A stretch of 64,000 nt of DNA from Bacteroidales bacterium (GCA_021738565.1 JAIPBT010000017.1:15950-79949), one strand, 5' to 3'. Counted from the first letter of the stretch, positions 10,862 to 21,360 are shown. Made by a program: numbers and translations. The notes: generated by a model from the letters alone, not told the origin.

Positions 10862-11344
10862 TTATTCTTTTCGGCTGTATTTTAACAGTGCTTGTTTGAG
10901 TTTTTTGCGGTCATCTTTGTTCACCGCAGACAAGCTGATGGGGGGATATTTGGCGATTTTGTTCCTGTAAACCTGGTACAGTTCCAGCTTTTCTTCCATA
11001 CCAAAAAAGAATTTTTTGGCTTCAAATTTCACAAAGTGCTGTTTTGGAATTTGTAGTGAATTCTTCTTGCTGTTGAAGAACCCTACCGGATAATACCTAA
11101 AGTTAAGCACGTCTCCGGCATCATCAAAATAGAAATAATAGGGATTGCGCATTACTCCTACGACACTGATAATGATGAATATCAATGATATGGCGATAAT
11201 AAGCATATACTTGGTGTTCAGGGATCCGGGATCATCAAACAATTTGAGGAACATGATCACGATCACCGAGGCTGTGAAAAGAACAGTAATGATCATCTTT
11301 CTCAGCCAAATACGGTATATATTGCGCTGGTTGTCAATCTTCAT
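10862..11344 (-). CDS. Hypothetical membrane protein (2 TM plus soluble domain)
   Basis: 160-aa ORF, co-oriented with its neighbours, two hydrophobic segments. Confidence 0.7.
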   Translation of the reverse strand: MKIDNQRNIYRIWLRKMIITVLFTASVIVIMFLKLFDDPGSLNTKYMLIIAISLIFIIISVVGVMRNPYYFYFDDAGDVLNFRYYPVGFFNSKKNSLQIPKQHFVKFEAKKFFFGMEEKLELYQVYRNKIAKYPPISLSAVNKDDRKKLKQALLKYSRKE

Positions 11345-11380
11345 TGTACGGCAGGTTGATCAGACAAATGTACGAAATTC

Positions 11381-12544
11381 TTATCTCTTCCTTCGCTGTT
11401 TTTCCTGTTTCAATAATTTCAGCTCCCTGCTTGTCTGTCCCTTTACAGAAGTGTTCTCTTCCGCCCTTCTCATCAGGTAGGGCAATACGTATTTCACCGG
11501 ACCGTAAGGAACATATTTTGCCACGTTAAACCCCTCTTTTGCAAGATTGAAGCTGATGTGGTCACTCATGCCGTATAGTTGCGAGAACCAGCAGCGGTTG
11601 TCATCTCTCGGGATTTTTAGTTCGTCCATCAGTTCTGCCATGTAGCGGCTGCTCTCCTCGTTATGGGTACCGTTGAAAACGGCAAAATCGTCAATGTTCT
11701 CCAGGGTATATTTTAGGGCCAGGTTGTAGTCACGGTCGGTGGCATCTTTATCGGGTTGAATGGGATCTTCATACCCCATCTGTTCGGCCCTTTCGCGCTC
11801 CTTTTCCATGTAGGCACCCCTCACAAATTTTGCACCGATGTAAAATTTACCGTTCCTCGCTGTCTCATGATCTTTTTTCAACCTCTCCATCCTGTCGTGC
11901 CGGTACATTTGGTAAGTGTTGAAAACAATGGCCTTTTCCTTGTTGTATTTTGCCATGTTCTCCATAACCTCCTGGTCGATGAACTCCTGGTACCAGGAAT
12001 CTTCTGCATCTATCATTATCGGGATGCTGTGCTTAAATGCCCTTTCACACAATTTACCAACCCTTTTCCTGAATTTTTCTCCTTCATGCAAACTGTCATT
12101 GTCAGGATCTTCTGAAGAACTCAGTACCTCAAGGGCCGAACTTTTAGCAAAAGCGGTAGGTTTAAAGACAGTGAAAGGAATGTTCTCATTGGTGGCCGCA
12201 TGATCGATCACCTTCAGGGTCTCCTCCAGTGCCTGGTTGATCGCACTCTCTTCTTCGGATCCTTCAACAGAGTAGTCGAGGATTGAATACACACCTCCCT
12301 CCCGGAGTTTGGTAATAACCGGCTGACAGTCATCTATAGTTTCGCCCCCGCAGAATTGCGCGTAAACCGTGGGTTTTACGATCCAGTTGATGGGAAACCT
12401 GATCGTGGATGCTATTTTTATAAGCGGATTGGCAATTTTTACCAGCCATGGATAGGATATCACTTTATACATGAAAAACGCCCGCCGGATATCATGGTCG
12501 GTTTTTATTGCAAAAGCGGTATTTGTATTATTAAAATCGATCAT
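11381..12544 (-). CDS. Monofunctional proline dehydrogenase
   Basis: QFCGGET, IDAEDS, KFVRGAYMEKER, QLYGMSD and YLMRRAEEN motifs. Confidence 0.93.
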   Translation of the reverse strand: MIDFNNTNTAFAIKTDHDIRRAFFMYKVISYPWLVKIANPLIKIASTIRFPINWIVKPTVYAQFCGGETIDDCQPVITKLREGGVYSILDYSVEGSEEESAINQALEETLKVIDHAATNENIPFTVFKPTAFAKSSALEVLSSSEDPDNDSLHEGEKFRKRVGKLCERAFKHSIPIMIDAEDSWYQEFIDQEVMENMAKYNKEKAIVFNTYQMYRHDRMERLKKDHETARNGKFYIGAKFVRGAYMEKERERAEQMGYEDPIQPDKDATDRDYNLALKYTLENIDDFAVFNGTHNEESSRYMAELMDELKIPRDDNRCWFSQLYGMSDHISFNLAKEGFNVAKYVPYGPVKYVLPYLMRRAEENTSVKGQTSRELKLLKQEKQRRKR

Positions 12545-12736
12545 ATTCAGAATCAGGATTTAATTTCGGACTGCAATTTAACATGTTCTTCGCAGATGCA
12601 GAATAAGTTTTAAAACATTTCAATTATTTTTGGAACTCGCTGGTTGTTGTTGGTAAGGGGGGCGACGAAGATCCGGACAGGTGTTCGCTGGTGCGAATGT
12701 TAGGGCGGATGGTGATAATAGTATATATTTGAAAAT

Positions 12737-13978
12737 ATGGGTAACGGATCGGATATTATCAGGGTGAAAAGACCGGAAAAAGCATTGAATGCATCGGTGG
12801 TATTGCCTGCATCGAAGAGTATTTCGAACCGCTTGCTCATTATTCGCGCGCTTGCCGGTAACAAGGGCAATGTAACCAACCTTTCCGAAAGTGATGATAC
12901 AAGGGTAATGCTTGAAGCGCTTGCTTCTGACGATCCGGTGAAGGATGTCGGGCATGCCGGTACAACGATGCGCTTCCTTACAGCATATTTCAGCTGCAGG
13001 CCCGGCAAAGTGAGAATGACAGGATCTGACCGGATGAAGGAGCGGCCGATCGGACCACTGGTGGATGCCCTCCGGGACCTGGGTGCAGAGATCCGGTACA
13101 CTGAAAATGAGGGGTTCCCTCCACTGGAGATCTCCCGTGGCAGGATGACCGGCGGGGAGGTACATATCGACGGCGGTATCAGCAGTCAGTTCATCAGTGC
13201 ACTACTGATGATTGCTCCTGTGCTGGAGCGGGGGATGACACTGCATTTAACAGGGGAAGTGGTATCTGAACCATATATCAGCATGACACTTTCACTGATG
13301 GGATCATGCGGTGCGGTGTTTTCGCGTGAAGGCAATACCATTGCAGTAAAACCCGGTGGCTACAGCATGGGAGAATATGCGGTGGAGTCTGACTGGAGCG
13401 CGGCGTCTTACTGGTATGCCATGGCTTTGCTTGAGAATCACTGCCAGGTTAGGCTTTCATACTTTGAGGAGGAGAGTCTGCAGGGCGACAGTTCACTGGT
13501 TGATATTTTCCACCGGCTCGGACTGGTGAGTGATTTCAGGGGAAAAGAGGTGATGCTCAACAAACTGGTGAACCTGCATCCGGGGATGTTCGAGCATGAT
13601 TTCACCAGCTCGCCCGACCTGGTGCAGTCAATGGCGGTGGCGCTCTGCATGGCAGAGATCCCTTTCCGGTTTACCGGTACGCAGACATTGCGGATCAAGG
13701 AGACCGACCGGATCCGGGCGCTTCAGCAGGAACTAAAAAAACTGGGGTATGTGCTGGAATCAGACGAGCGCGGTTCGTATCTCTCCTGGAACAAACAATA
13801 CTGTACACCCGAAGAGAATCCGGTAATTGAAACCTACCACGATCACCGCATGGCCATGGCATTTGCACCGGTGGCTTTGGTGAAAGGGGAGGTGCTGATC
13901 AAAGATCCCATGGTAGTGACAAAATCTTATCCCGGTTTTTGGGAAGATATGAAAAAAGCGGGGTTCAGAGCGGAATGA
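12737..13978 (+). CDS. aroA: 3-phosphoshikimate 1-carboxyvinyltransferase (EPSP synthase)
   Basis: PASKSISNR, SSQFISALL, KETDRI and DHRMAMAF motifs. Confidence 0.96.
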   Translation: MGNGSDIIRVKRPEKALNASVVLPASKSISNRLLIIRALAGNKGNVTNLSESDDTRVMLEALASDDPVKDVGHAGTTMRFLTAYFSCRPGKVRMTGSDRMKERPIGPLVDALRDLGAEIRYTENEGFPPLEISRGRMTGGEVHIDGGISSQFISALLMIAPVLERGMTLHLTGEVVSEPYISMTLSLMGSCGAVFSREGNTIAVKPGGYSMGEYAVESDWSAASYWYAMALLENHCQVRLSYFEEESLQGDSSLVDIFHRLGLVSDFRGKEVMLNKLVNLHPGMFEHDFTSSPDLVQSMAVALCMAEIPFRFTGTQTLRIKETDRIRALQQELKKLGYVLESDERGSYLSWNKQYCTPEENPVIETYHDHRMAMAFAPVALVKGEVLIKDPMVVTKSYPGFWEDMKKAGFRAE

Positions 13979-14041
13979 TCCGGCAGGGCCGTGGATGGTG
14001 AATCAATTCACTGAAAACATATAAATATGGTGAAAACGTTT

Positions 14042-14176
14042 TCATTCCGGGTACTGCCGGTCTACATTCCCTGCCAACAACCCTGCAACGGAAATATCTT
14101 CGTTCAGGTCTGCCCAGTGAATCCCAATACCATTGCCTATGAACCGGAAATTGTTTAATTGGGATGGCGTTGCTTT
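14042..14176 (-). pseudogene. C-terminal fragment of a DUF2442-like protein
   Basis: Manual translation KATPSQLNNFRFIGNGIGIHWADLNEDISVAGLLAGNVDRQYPE*; no in-frame ATG before an upstream TAG at 14237-14239. Confidence 0.6.
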
Positions 14177-14441
14177 CTTCTCCCTTATTCCACAATTGTC
14201 TGCAAGATCTCCGGAAGCTGTTTTTTCAGGAGGTTGCTAAAAACCCGTTTCTGGTCTTTGGTGAGTTTTAAGGGAATATTAATAATGGCCTTTGTTCCCT
14301 GGAAGGCGATGGTAAAGTCATCCTCCGGATTGTCGGCTTTTTGAATCTATTTCAATGAAGTTGACAAGTATTTCATTTTCATAACCGATATTTTCAAAGG
14401 TTATCACATTTATACAGAGAGGAAAAGATCATAATTATTGC

Positions 14442-14736
14442 CCCGGGTCCTTCCTCGAGGTTCGGCGGAGCTCATTATTACATATGGGAAAAGGGTAGGA
14501 CTATCCCGGGTCTTTCGACTCGAGGTTCGGCGGAGCTCACCTCTTCGCTCAGGAACCGGTCTTTATTGTTAGGAACCGATCTCGACAAGCTCGATCTCCC
14601 ACCTCACACCCCAACCCGCCGGTTCCTGAGCCTGTCGAGGGACCGCTCATTACCGCACTGTCTCCCCGTCTCCCCGTCTCACAGTCTCCCCGGTTCCTGA
14701 GCGCAGTGCCGAGCCTGCCGAGGTACAAGCCGAAGG
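14442..14736. repeat. Cluster of REP-like palindromic repeats, partly nested
   Basis: CTCGAGGTTCGGCGGAGCTCA twice; CCGGTTCCTGAGC twice plus inverse GCTCAGGAACCGG; GATCTCGACAAGCTCGATC; four 8-mers of type CnGTCTCC at 14658-14689. Confidence 0.8.
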
Positions 14737-14843
14737 AATATCGAATATCGAACAAGGAATGTAGAATGATGAAGTGGCTTATCAAAGCAGCAATTCACAA
14801 TTGAAACATTACTTCTATATTCGACATTCGATATTCGAAATTC
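14736..14843. repeat. Inverted pair of heptamer tandem arrays
   Basis: GAATATC-GAATATC-GAACAAG-GAATGTA-GAATGAT-GAAGT, 35-bp spacer, then ACTTC-TATATTC-GACATTC-GATATTC-GAAATTC. Confidence 0.8.
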
Positions 14844-15144
14844 GCTCTGGCCCCTGGCATATATATATTTATTTAGCTATATAAATATATATATTTACTA
14901 ACCATCTGAATACCAAATAGAAAGATCGTTTTTTTGGGATTTATTATTACCGGCAGGTCTCTCCAGTCAAATCGGGAAGTCATTTGGCTGATCAGCGGTT
15001 TCACGGCAAACTGCATTTCAATTCTTTTAATTAATTTTGCTGGCCGACTGGTGTAATATTCTGAAGGCAATTAAGCTTCAGATTTATATTGTAATACAGT
15101 TTTACAGCCACCCTGGCTTTTTGACTGAAAAAAATCCTTCAGGG

Positions 15145-16539
15145 ATGACAAAGAAAAAGTTGTATGTAGAAACGTATGGATGCCAGATGAATGTGGTTGA
15201 TTCGGAGGTTGTGGTGGCCATACTGCAGCAGCAGGATTACGAGGTCACCGACCGTATGGATAAGGCCGATCTCATCCTCGTCAATACCTGTTCCATACGC
15301 GAAAATGCTGAACAGAAAGTAAACCAGAGGATCAGGGAATTCGGCAGGCAGAAGAAAAAGAACGTCAACCTGGTAGTCGGTGTAATAGGATGTATGGCGG
15401 AATTGTTGAAGGACAGGTTGTTGGAAGAGGAGCGATCTGTAGATCTTGTGATCGGACCGGATGCATACAGGCAGTTGCCGGAACTGCTTCAGGAAGTGGA
15501 TAACGGGCAAAAAGGGATCAATACCATTCTTTCGCTTGAAGAGACCTATGCAGATGTCAGCCCGGTTCGGCTGGATAAGAACCATGTTTCCTCATTTGTT
15601 TCGATCATGCGCGGATGCAATAATTTTTGCGCCTATTGTGTGGTGCCATTTACAAGGGGAAGGGAACGCAGTCGTGATCCGGAAACCATTGAGAGAGAGG
15701 TAAGGGAATTGTATGAAAAGGGTTACAGGGAAGTTACCCTGCTGGGGCAGAATGTAAATTCATATCACTGGGAAGAGGCGGCACCCGGAGCAGTGAAGCA
15801 TTCAGGCAATCAATCATTTGGAAACGAGAAAGACAATAAGAAGAATCCAGCGGTTTTGCATTTCGAGGACCTGCTTGAAAGAATTGCCAGCATAGCGCCA
15901 GATCTTCGAATAAGGTTTGCCACATCTCATCCCAAGGATCTGTCTGACAGGTTGTTGCAGACCATGGCGAAACACCCCAACCTGTGCAGGAGCATCCATC
16001 TTCCGGTTCAGTCGGGAAGTACGGCGGTATTGAAAAGGATGAAACGCGGATATACAAGGAAGATGTACGAGGAGAGGGTGAGATCGATCAGAAAATACCT
16101 GCCGGAGGCCACCATTTCCACCGATATCATAACAGGATTTTGTGGTGAAACTGAAGAGGAGCACCGGGAAACACTGGACCTGATGAAATGGGCAGGATTT
16201 GATTTTGCCTACATGTTCAAATACAGTGAGCGACCGGGTACCTATGCAGCGAAAAAGTACGTCGATGATGTTCCTGACACAGTCAAGAGAAGGCGGTTGA
16301 ATGAAATTATTCAGTTGCAGGGTGAGATGTCTCTGGAAAGCAAGAAGCAGGATGCAGGCAAGGAATTTGAGGTGCTTGCTGAAGGGCCTTCAAAAAAATC
16401 ACCTGACGACCTTGTGGGACGTACCAGTCAGAACAAGGTGGTCGTTTTTGGGGCAAACGGATTAAAACCGGGACATTATGTGCATGTCAGGGTGACCGGA
16501 TGCACTTCCGCTACATTATTCGGGGAAGTTATTGGCTGA
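15145..16539 (+). CDS. miaB: tRNA methylthiotransferase MiaB
   Basis: ETYGCQMN, NTCSIRE, radical-SAM GCNNFCAYC, C-terminal TRAM domain; start at MTKKKL. Confidence 0.96.
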   Translation: MTKKKLYVETYGCQMNVVDSEVVVAILQQQDYEVTDRMDKADLILVNTCSIRENAEQKVNQRIREFGRQKKKNVNLVVGVIGCMAELLKDRLLEEERSVDLVIGPDAYRQLPELLQEVDNGQKGINTILSLEETYADVSPVRLDKNHVSSFVSIMRGCNNFCAYCVVPFTRGRERSRDPETIEREVRELYEKGYREVTLLGQNVNSYHWEEAAPGAVKHSGNQSFGNEKDNKKNPAVLHFEDLLERIASIAPDLRIRFATSHPKDLSDRLLQTMAKHPNLCRSIHLPVQSGSTAVLKRMKRGYTRKMYEERVRSIRKYLPEATISTDIITGFCGETEEEHRETLDLMKWAGFDFAYMFKYSERPGTYAAKKYVDDVPDTVKRRRLNEIIQLQGEMSLESKKQDAGKEFEVLAEGPSKKSPDDLVGRTSQNKVVVFGANGLKPGHYVHVRVTGCTSATLFGEVIG

Positions 16540-16608
16540 ACATTGCATGGTGGTACTGCAAAAATGATTTATTCTTCGTTATAAAGCCACATAAAATAGC
16601 CATATATT

Positions 16609-16944
16609 ATGAATGAAAAAGTACATGAATTTCGTAATTACAGGGAGGAGATGAACCGCCGGTTGCTTGAAGCGGACAACAAGGTTATCAAACGCATCTT
16701 CAACCTGGATACCAATGCATATACCGATGGTGCGTTATCAGCCAAAGTAAAGGAGATGCTGGGACTGGCAACTTCCATGGTTTTGCGATGCGACGATTGT
16801 ATCAAGTACCATCTTGAGAAATGCAAGGAGCATGGGGTCAGTACAGAGGAGCTTATGGAAATTTTTGCTGTAGCCAACCTGGTGGGGGGAACCATCGTTA
16901 TTCCGCATACAAGGCGGGCGGTGGAATACTGGGACCTGCTTTGA
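16609..16944 (+). CDS. Carboxymuconolactone decarboxylase / AhpD-like protein
   Basis: KEMLGLATSMVLRCDDCIKYH with CxxC. Confidence 0.85.
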   Translation: MNEKVHEFRNYREEMNRRLLEADNKVIKRIFNLDTNAYTDGALSAKVKEMLGLATSMVLRCDDCIKYHLEKCKEHGVSTEELMEIFAVANLVGGTIVIPHTRRAVEYWDLL

Positions 16945-16956
16945 AATACCAGCGGA

Positions 16957-17307
16957 CTAATCGTCCAGTTCCATGATGATTTTTTCCCTGACTTCGAGCG
17001 GGGGGATGATATCGAATTTTTCTTTTGAATCGGTCAATTCAAACAACTCATGCACCTCATCGCCTATATTGCACAATTGAAACACGGAACCTTTTGCCTG
17101 TGCTATCTCCTTTGCCTTTTGAAGTGTTTGGAACCCTTTTGTATCAATGAACCGGATTCCTTCAAGGTTAAAAATAACGGTTCTCCCGGATACACTCACA
17201 AGATTGTTTAATTGCTCGCTGATGAGTTCAGAGAAAAGGGTGTTTAGTTTGTTTACCTGGAACAGAGAAACGATGAATTTGTTTTCTTCCTTTGCAATTT
17301 TTAACAT
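16957..17307 (-). CDS. STAS-domain anti-sigma-factor antagonist-like protein
   Basis: VIFNLEGIRFIDTKGF...LCNI...VHELFELT pattern. Confidence 0.8.
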   Translation of the reverse strand: MLKIAKEENKFIVSLFQVNKLNTLFSELISEQLNNLVSVSGRTVIFNLEGIRFIDTKGFQTLQKAKEIAQAKGSVFQLCNIGDEVHELFELTDSKEKFDIIPPLEVREKIIMELDD

Positions 17308-17516
17308 ATCAACTTCCTGGTTTTCTGAATATATACGGTACGAATTTATTAATAGTTTAAAGGAATAGAATGATGCAGATATTTAATTTTCCACATATTT
17401 GCGTTTTTGTTAACAATTATTGATTTTTGCGGTTGCCAGAGACAGAAAGTTGGATCATTTCAGCAGGCCCGAAATTAGATCTGTTACAGCCTTATTAGGT
17501 ACCAGAAGACGCGGGG

Positions 17517-19310
17517 TCATTGTTTCCTGCCGGAAGTTCGGGTTTCAATTTTTTTCAGTTCTTCTTTCTTAACCTCAAGGAACAATTCTTCGAGCTGCTC
17601 TTCAGCAATAGAACTGGGCGAGTCGATCATTACATCCCTGCCTGCGTTGTTCTTGGGGAACGCGATCGTATCCCTGATCGAATCAAGGCCGGCAAACAGT
17701 GCCACCCAGCGGTCAAATCCAAACGCTATGCCACCATGCGGCGGAGCGCCATACCTGAATGCCCCCATAAGAAAACCAAACTGTTTTGCTGCTTCTTCGC
17801 GCGTGAATCCAAGGTTGTCGAACATCTTTTGTTGCAGGTCTTCATTGTGTATTCTTATGGAGCCTCCACCGATCTCTACCCCGTTGATCACAAGGTCGTA
17901 AGCTTTTGCCCGAACTTTCCCGGGATCGCTGTCAAACAATTCCAGATCCTCTTCATAGGGCCGGGTGAATGGATGGTGCATGGCATAATAACGGTTTGTT
18001 TCCTCGTCCCATTCAAGCAACGGGAAATCAACCACCCAGAGTGGTCTGTATGCTTTGGGATCCATCAGGTTAAGTTTTCTGCCCATTTCAAGTCTCAGTT
18101 CTCCCAGGGCCTTCCTGGTTGATTCTGTTTCGCCTGCAAGAATGAGCATCAGGTCACCAGGTGCGGCACCCATTGCATCTGCCCATTTTTGCAAATCATC
18201 CGGGGAATAGAATTTATCGACAGATGATTTGAATGTGCCGGCCTCATTGTATTTTACATATACAAGTCCCCTGGTTCCTATCTGCGGTTTTTTAACATAA
18301 TCGGTAAGTTCATCCAACTGTTTCCTTGAATAATCTGCACAGCCGGTTGCCACGATCCCGCTTACATACTCAGCGGAGTCAAATACCTGGAATCCCTTTC
18401 CTTCTGTATGTTCCTTTAAATCCTTTATTTCCATCCCGAAGCGGGTATCCGGTTTATCGCTTCCAAACTTTCTTAAGGCTTCATCGTAAGGCATGCGGGG
18501 ATATTTATCATTAATTTCAACCCCCATGATCGACCGGAAAAGGTGGTTAGACAGTCCTTCAAAGGCATCAAGAAGATTATCCCTGTCAACGAAGGACATT
18601 TCACAATCGATTTGTGTGAATTCAGGCTGGCGGTCAGCCCTAAGGTCTTCATCCCTGAAGCATTTTACGATCTGGAAATATTTGTCAAATCCCGCTACCA
18701 TCAGCAATTGCTTGAAAGTCTGAGGCGATTGCGGCAATGCATAGAATTGTCCGGGGTTCATTCGTGAAGGCACCACAAAATCCCTGGCGCCTTCCGGTGT
18801 TGATTTTATGAGGACCGGCGTTTCCACTTCAATGAAATTCTCCCCGCTGAGGTAATTCCTTATTTCCATGGCCATCCTGTGCCTGAGCTCAAGGTTTTTG
18901 CGTATCACCTGGCGGCGCAGGTCCAGGTAGCGGTATTTCATACGCAGTTCGTCACCGCCATCTGTTTCTGTCTCAATTGTAAAAGGAGGTACTTCAGAAC
19001 TGTTGAGTACATGCAATGTATCCACCAGTATTTCAATCTCCCCGGTAGGCAGTTTAAGATTTTTATTGCTGCGTTCGGCAACATTACCTGTGATCTGGAT
19101 GACATACTCACGTCCCAGTTTCCGGGCTTTCCTACAAAGTTCGCCATCTTTTTCCATATTGAATACCAGCTGGGTGATTCCATACCGGTCGCGCAAATCT
19201 ACAAAAGTCATGCCTCCCAGGCCCCTTGATTTCTGTACCCAGCCACTGAGCGTCACATTTTTACCAGCATGGTTGATATTCAGTTCTCCGCAAGTATGTG
19301 TTCTGTACAT
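17517..19310 (-). CDS. aspS: Aspartate--tRNA ligase
   Basis: [35 protein letters not shown] and [11 protein letters not shown] motifs. Confidence 0.97.
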   Translation of the reverse strand: MYRTHTCGELNINHAGKNVTLSGWVQKSRGLGGMTFVDLRDRYGITQLVFNMEKDGELCRKARKLGREYVIQITGNVAERSNKNLKLPTGEIEILVDTLHVLNSSEVPPFTIETETDGGDELRMKYRYLDLRRQVIRKNLELRHRMAMEIRNYLSGENFIEVETPVLIKSTPEGARDFVVPSRMNPGQFYALPQSPQTFKQLLMVAGFDKYFQIVKCFRDEDLRADRQPEFTQIDCEMSFVDRDNLLDAFEGLSNHLFRSIMGVEINDKYPRMPYDEALRKFGSDKPDTRFGMEIKDLKEHTEGKGFQVFDSAEYVSGIVATGCADYSRKQLDELTDYVKKPQIGTRGLVYVKYNEAGTFKSSVDKFYSPDDLQKWADAMGAAPGDLMLILAGETESTRKALGELRLEMGRKLNLMDPKAYRPLWVVDFPLLEWDEETNRYYAMHHPFTRPYEEDLELFDSDPGKVRAKAYDLVINGVEIGGGSIRIHNEDLQQKMFDNLGFTREEAAKQFGFLMGAFRYGAPPHGGIAFGFDRWVALFAGLDSIRDTIAFPKNNAGRDVMIDSPSSIAEEQLEELFLEVKKEELKKIETRTSGRKQ

Positions 19311-19384
19311 TTCTTATTGAATTTATTCAGTAAATTGCCAATCTTATTTTATAATGCGAAAATATAAAGAATTATCGACCTGTT

Positions 19385-19834
19385 ATGACATATCCCATCT
19401 TCTCTGATGAATATTTTATGAATGAAGCTTTGAAAGAGGCCCAAAAAGCATATGAAGCAGATGAAGTTCCGGTAGGGGCCATCGTTGTCTCAGACCAGCG
19501 CATCATTGCTCGTGCATACAATATGACAGAAAAACTGGGTGATGTTACGGCGCATGCTGAAATGATCGCACTTACGAGCGCTTCTAACTATATTGGATTT
19601 AAGTATTTGGTTGATTGTGCTTTATATGTAACCCTCGAACCTTGTCTGATGTGTGCAGCAGCATTAAAATGGGCACAACTCGGCAGACTTGTATTTGGTG
19701 CTTCGGATGATAAGGCAGGATACCATACCATCGAATATCCTGTTCTGCATCCCAAAACAGAAATAAAATTCGGTATACTTGAACCGGAATGCAGCGAGCT
19801 GCTGAAAGATTTTTTCAGGAGCAAACGTCGGTGA
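19385..19834 (+). CDS. tadA: tRNA adenosine deaminase (TadA family)
   Basis: EVPVGA, HAE and TLEPCLMC motifs. Confidence 0.88.
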   Translation: MTYPIFSDEYFMNEALKEAQKAYEADEVPVGAIVVSDQRIIARAYNMTEKLGDVTAHAEMIALTSASNYIGFKYLVDCALYVTLEPCLMCAAALKWAQLGRLVFGASDDKAGYHTIEYPVLHPKTEIKFGILEPECSELLKDFFRSKRR

Positions 19835-20025
19835 TTTTCCATTTTGGACGGGATCAAGGAATGCAGTATTCCTGAGAATCACTGAATGTATATGTTTTAC
19901 CGATTTATTATCACTGTTCACCGATTTTCATTTAACGGTATGCAATATCTGTATTAATATTGCATTGGATACTATAGGATGGCTGAACAATAATTCTCGG
20001 TATTTATAATATTAATCAAAAAAAA

Positions 20026-20559
20026 ATGAAAATGGGAACTGGTTTATTTTGGGGTGCATTGCTCCTGATCGCAGGAATTGTACTAATAATTAAAGTGATT
20101 TTTAATATTGAGATCCCTGTATTTAAAATACTTGTTGGTATTTTCTTCATCTTTATCGGTCTGAAGGTCCTTTTTGGCCGGGTACTCATACCCGAGGGAA
20201 AAATAGGTCCGGAGGAGACCATATTCAATGAAAGAATTTACGATGAACCGCAGAATGGAAAGGAATACAGCGTGATTTTCGGAAAAGGCGTTTATGACTT
20301 TACAAATGTTGATCTTAGCCAGGGAAATTTCAATGTGAAGATCAGTACTGTTTTTGGCGGTACGGTCATTAAGATCGATCAGGAGATGCCTCTAAAAATT
20401 GAAGCTGACGCTGTTTTTGCAGGCGCAGAATTGCCAGATGGCAATACCGCTGTATTTGGTTCATCAAGCTATGCTACAGAAAGTTACAGAAGGGACTCAA
20501 GCAGTCTGAACATCAAGTTGGACGTGGTATTTGGCGGGGCACAGGTGCTGAGGAAATAA
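20026..20559 (+). CDS. LiaF-like membrane protein with a C-terminal beta-repeat domain
   Basis: Two N-terminal TM segments, then repeated VIFG/VFGG/VFAG units. Confidence 0.65.
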   Translation: MKMGTGLFWGALLLIAGIVLIIKVIFNIEIPVFKILVGIFFIFIGLKVLFGRVLIPEGKIGPEETIFNERIYDEPQNGKEYSVIFGKGVYDFTNVDLSQGNFNVKISTVFGGTVIKIDQEMPLKIEADAVFAGAELPDGNTAVFGSSSYATESYRRDSSSLNIKLDVVFGGAQVLRK

Positions 20560-20616
20560 TGATTTCCATAAATCCGCCTCTTTTTCTAATTTTGTGGCAA
20601 AACAAATTACCGGGTT

Positions 20617-21360
20617 ATGTCAGGACACAGCAAATGGTCAACCATCAAAAGAAAAAAAGGAGCGAACGATGCCAAAAGGGGCAAGATTTTTACAAAGCTG
20701 ATCAAAGAAATCACCATTGCAGCTGAATTGGGTGGGGACGATCCCGAAACCAATATCCGGTTGCGTTCTGCTGTTCAAACGGCAAAAGGCATGAATATGC
20801 CCAAAGACAATATTCAGCGGGCAATAAATAAGGCAAACAAAGACTCTTCGAGTTTTGAAGAGGTTACTTATGAAGGTTACCTTCAACATGGTATTGCCGT
20901 TTTTATTGAGTGCATGACCGATAATAACAACCGGACCGTCAGCAATATCAGGTCCATATTTTCCAAACGTGGGGGAAGCCTGGGAACCAATGGTTCACTT
21001 TCATTCCTGTTTGATCGAAAAGGTATTATTACGGTTCCACAAGGTGACCTGGATCCTGAGGAATTTGAGCTTGAGATCATCGATGCCGGGGTGGAGGAGA
21101 TTGAATTGAACGATGACATGTTCCTGATCACCACGGCACTGGAAGATTTTAACAATGTTCAGAAGAAGCTGGAAGAAATGGGAATTGAAACAGAAAGTGC
21201 TGAGCTTCAAAGAATACCAAATGACACGAAAGAACTTCCGTTGGAGGATGCGGTGCAGATTCTGAGGACCATAGAGGAATTCGAAGACGATGATGATGTT
21301 CAGAATGTATTTCACAACCTGGAGGTAACCGAAGAGGTCATGGCCGGGATGAAGGAGTGA
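20617..21360 (+). CDS. yebC: YebC/PmpR family protein
   Basis: MSGHSKWSTIKRKKG, YEGY, TDNNNRT and DDDDVQNVFHN motifs. Confidence 0.95.
   Translation: MSGHSKWSTIKRKKGANDAKRGKIFTKLIKEITIAAELGGDDPETNIRLRSAVQTAKGMNMPKDNIQRAINKANKDSSSFEEVTYEGYLQHGIAVFIECMTDNNNRTVSNIRSIFSKRGGSLGTNGSLSFLFDRKGIITVPQGDLDPEEFELEIIDAGVEEIELNDDMFLITTALEDFNNVQKKLEEMGIETESAELQRIPNDTKELPLEDAVQILRTIEEFEDDDDVQNVFHNLEVTEEVMAGMKE

Noticed and set aside
12620..13165. 181-aa minus-strand ORF
   Set aside because: Antisense shadow of aroA.
14549..14785. 78-aa ORF across the repeat cluster
   Set aside because: Its sequence is simply the translation of REP and heptamer repeats.
14442..14843. Possible CRISPR array
   Set aside because: Repeats differ in length and orientation, there are no regular spacers, and no cas genes are present.
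15770..15860. Extra ~20 residues in MiaB after the LLGQNVNSY motif
   Set aside because: Appears to be a variable surface loop; no intein or repeat signature.
17520..18122. 200-aa plus-strand ORF
   Set aside because: Antisense shadow of aspS.
21338..21360. Convergent overlap of yebC and the membrane protein gene as antisense regulation
   Set aside because: Short tail-to-tail overlaps are common in compact genomes, and nothing further supports regulation.
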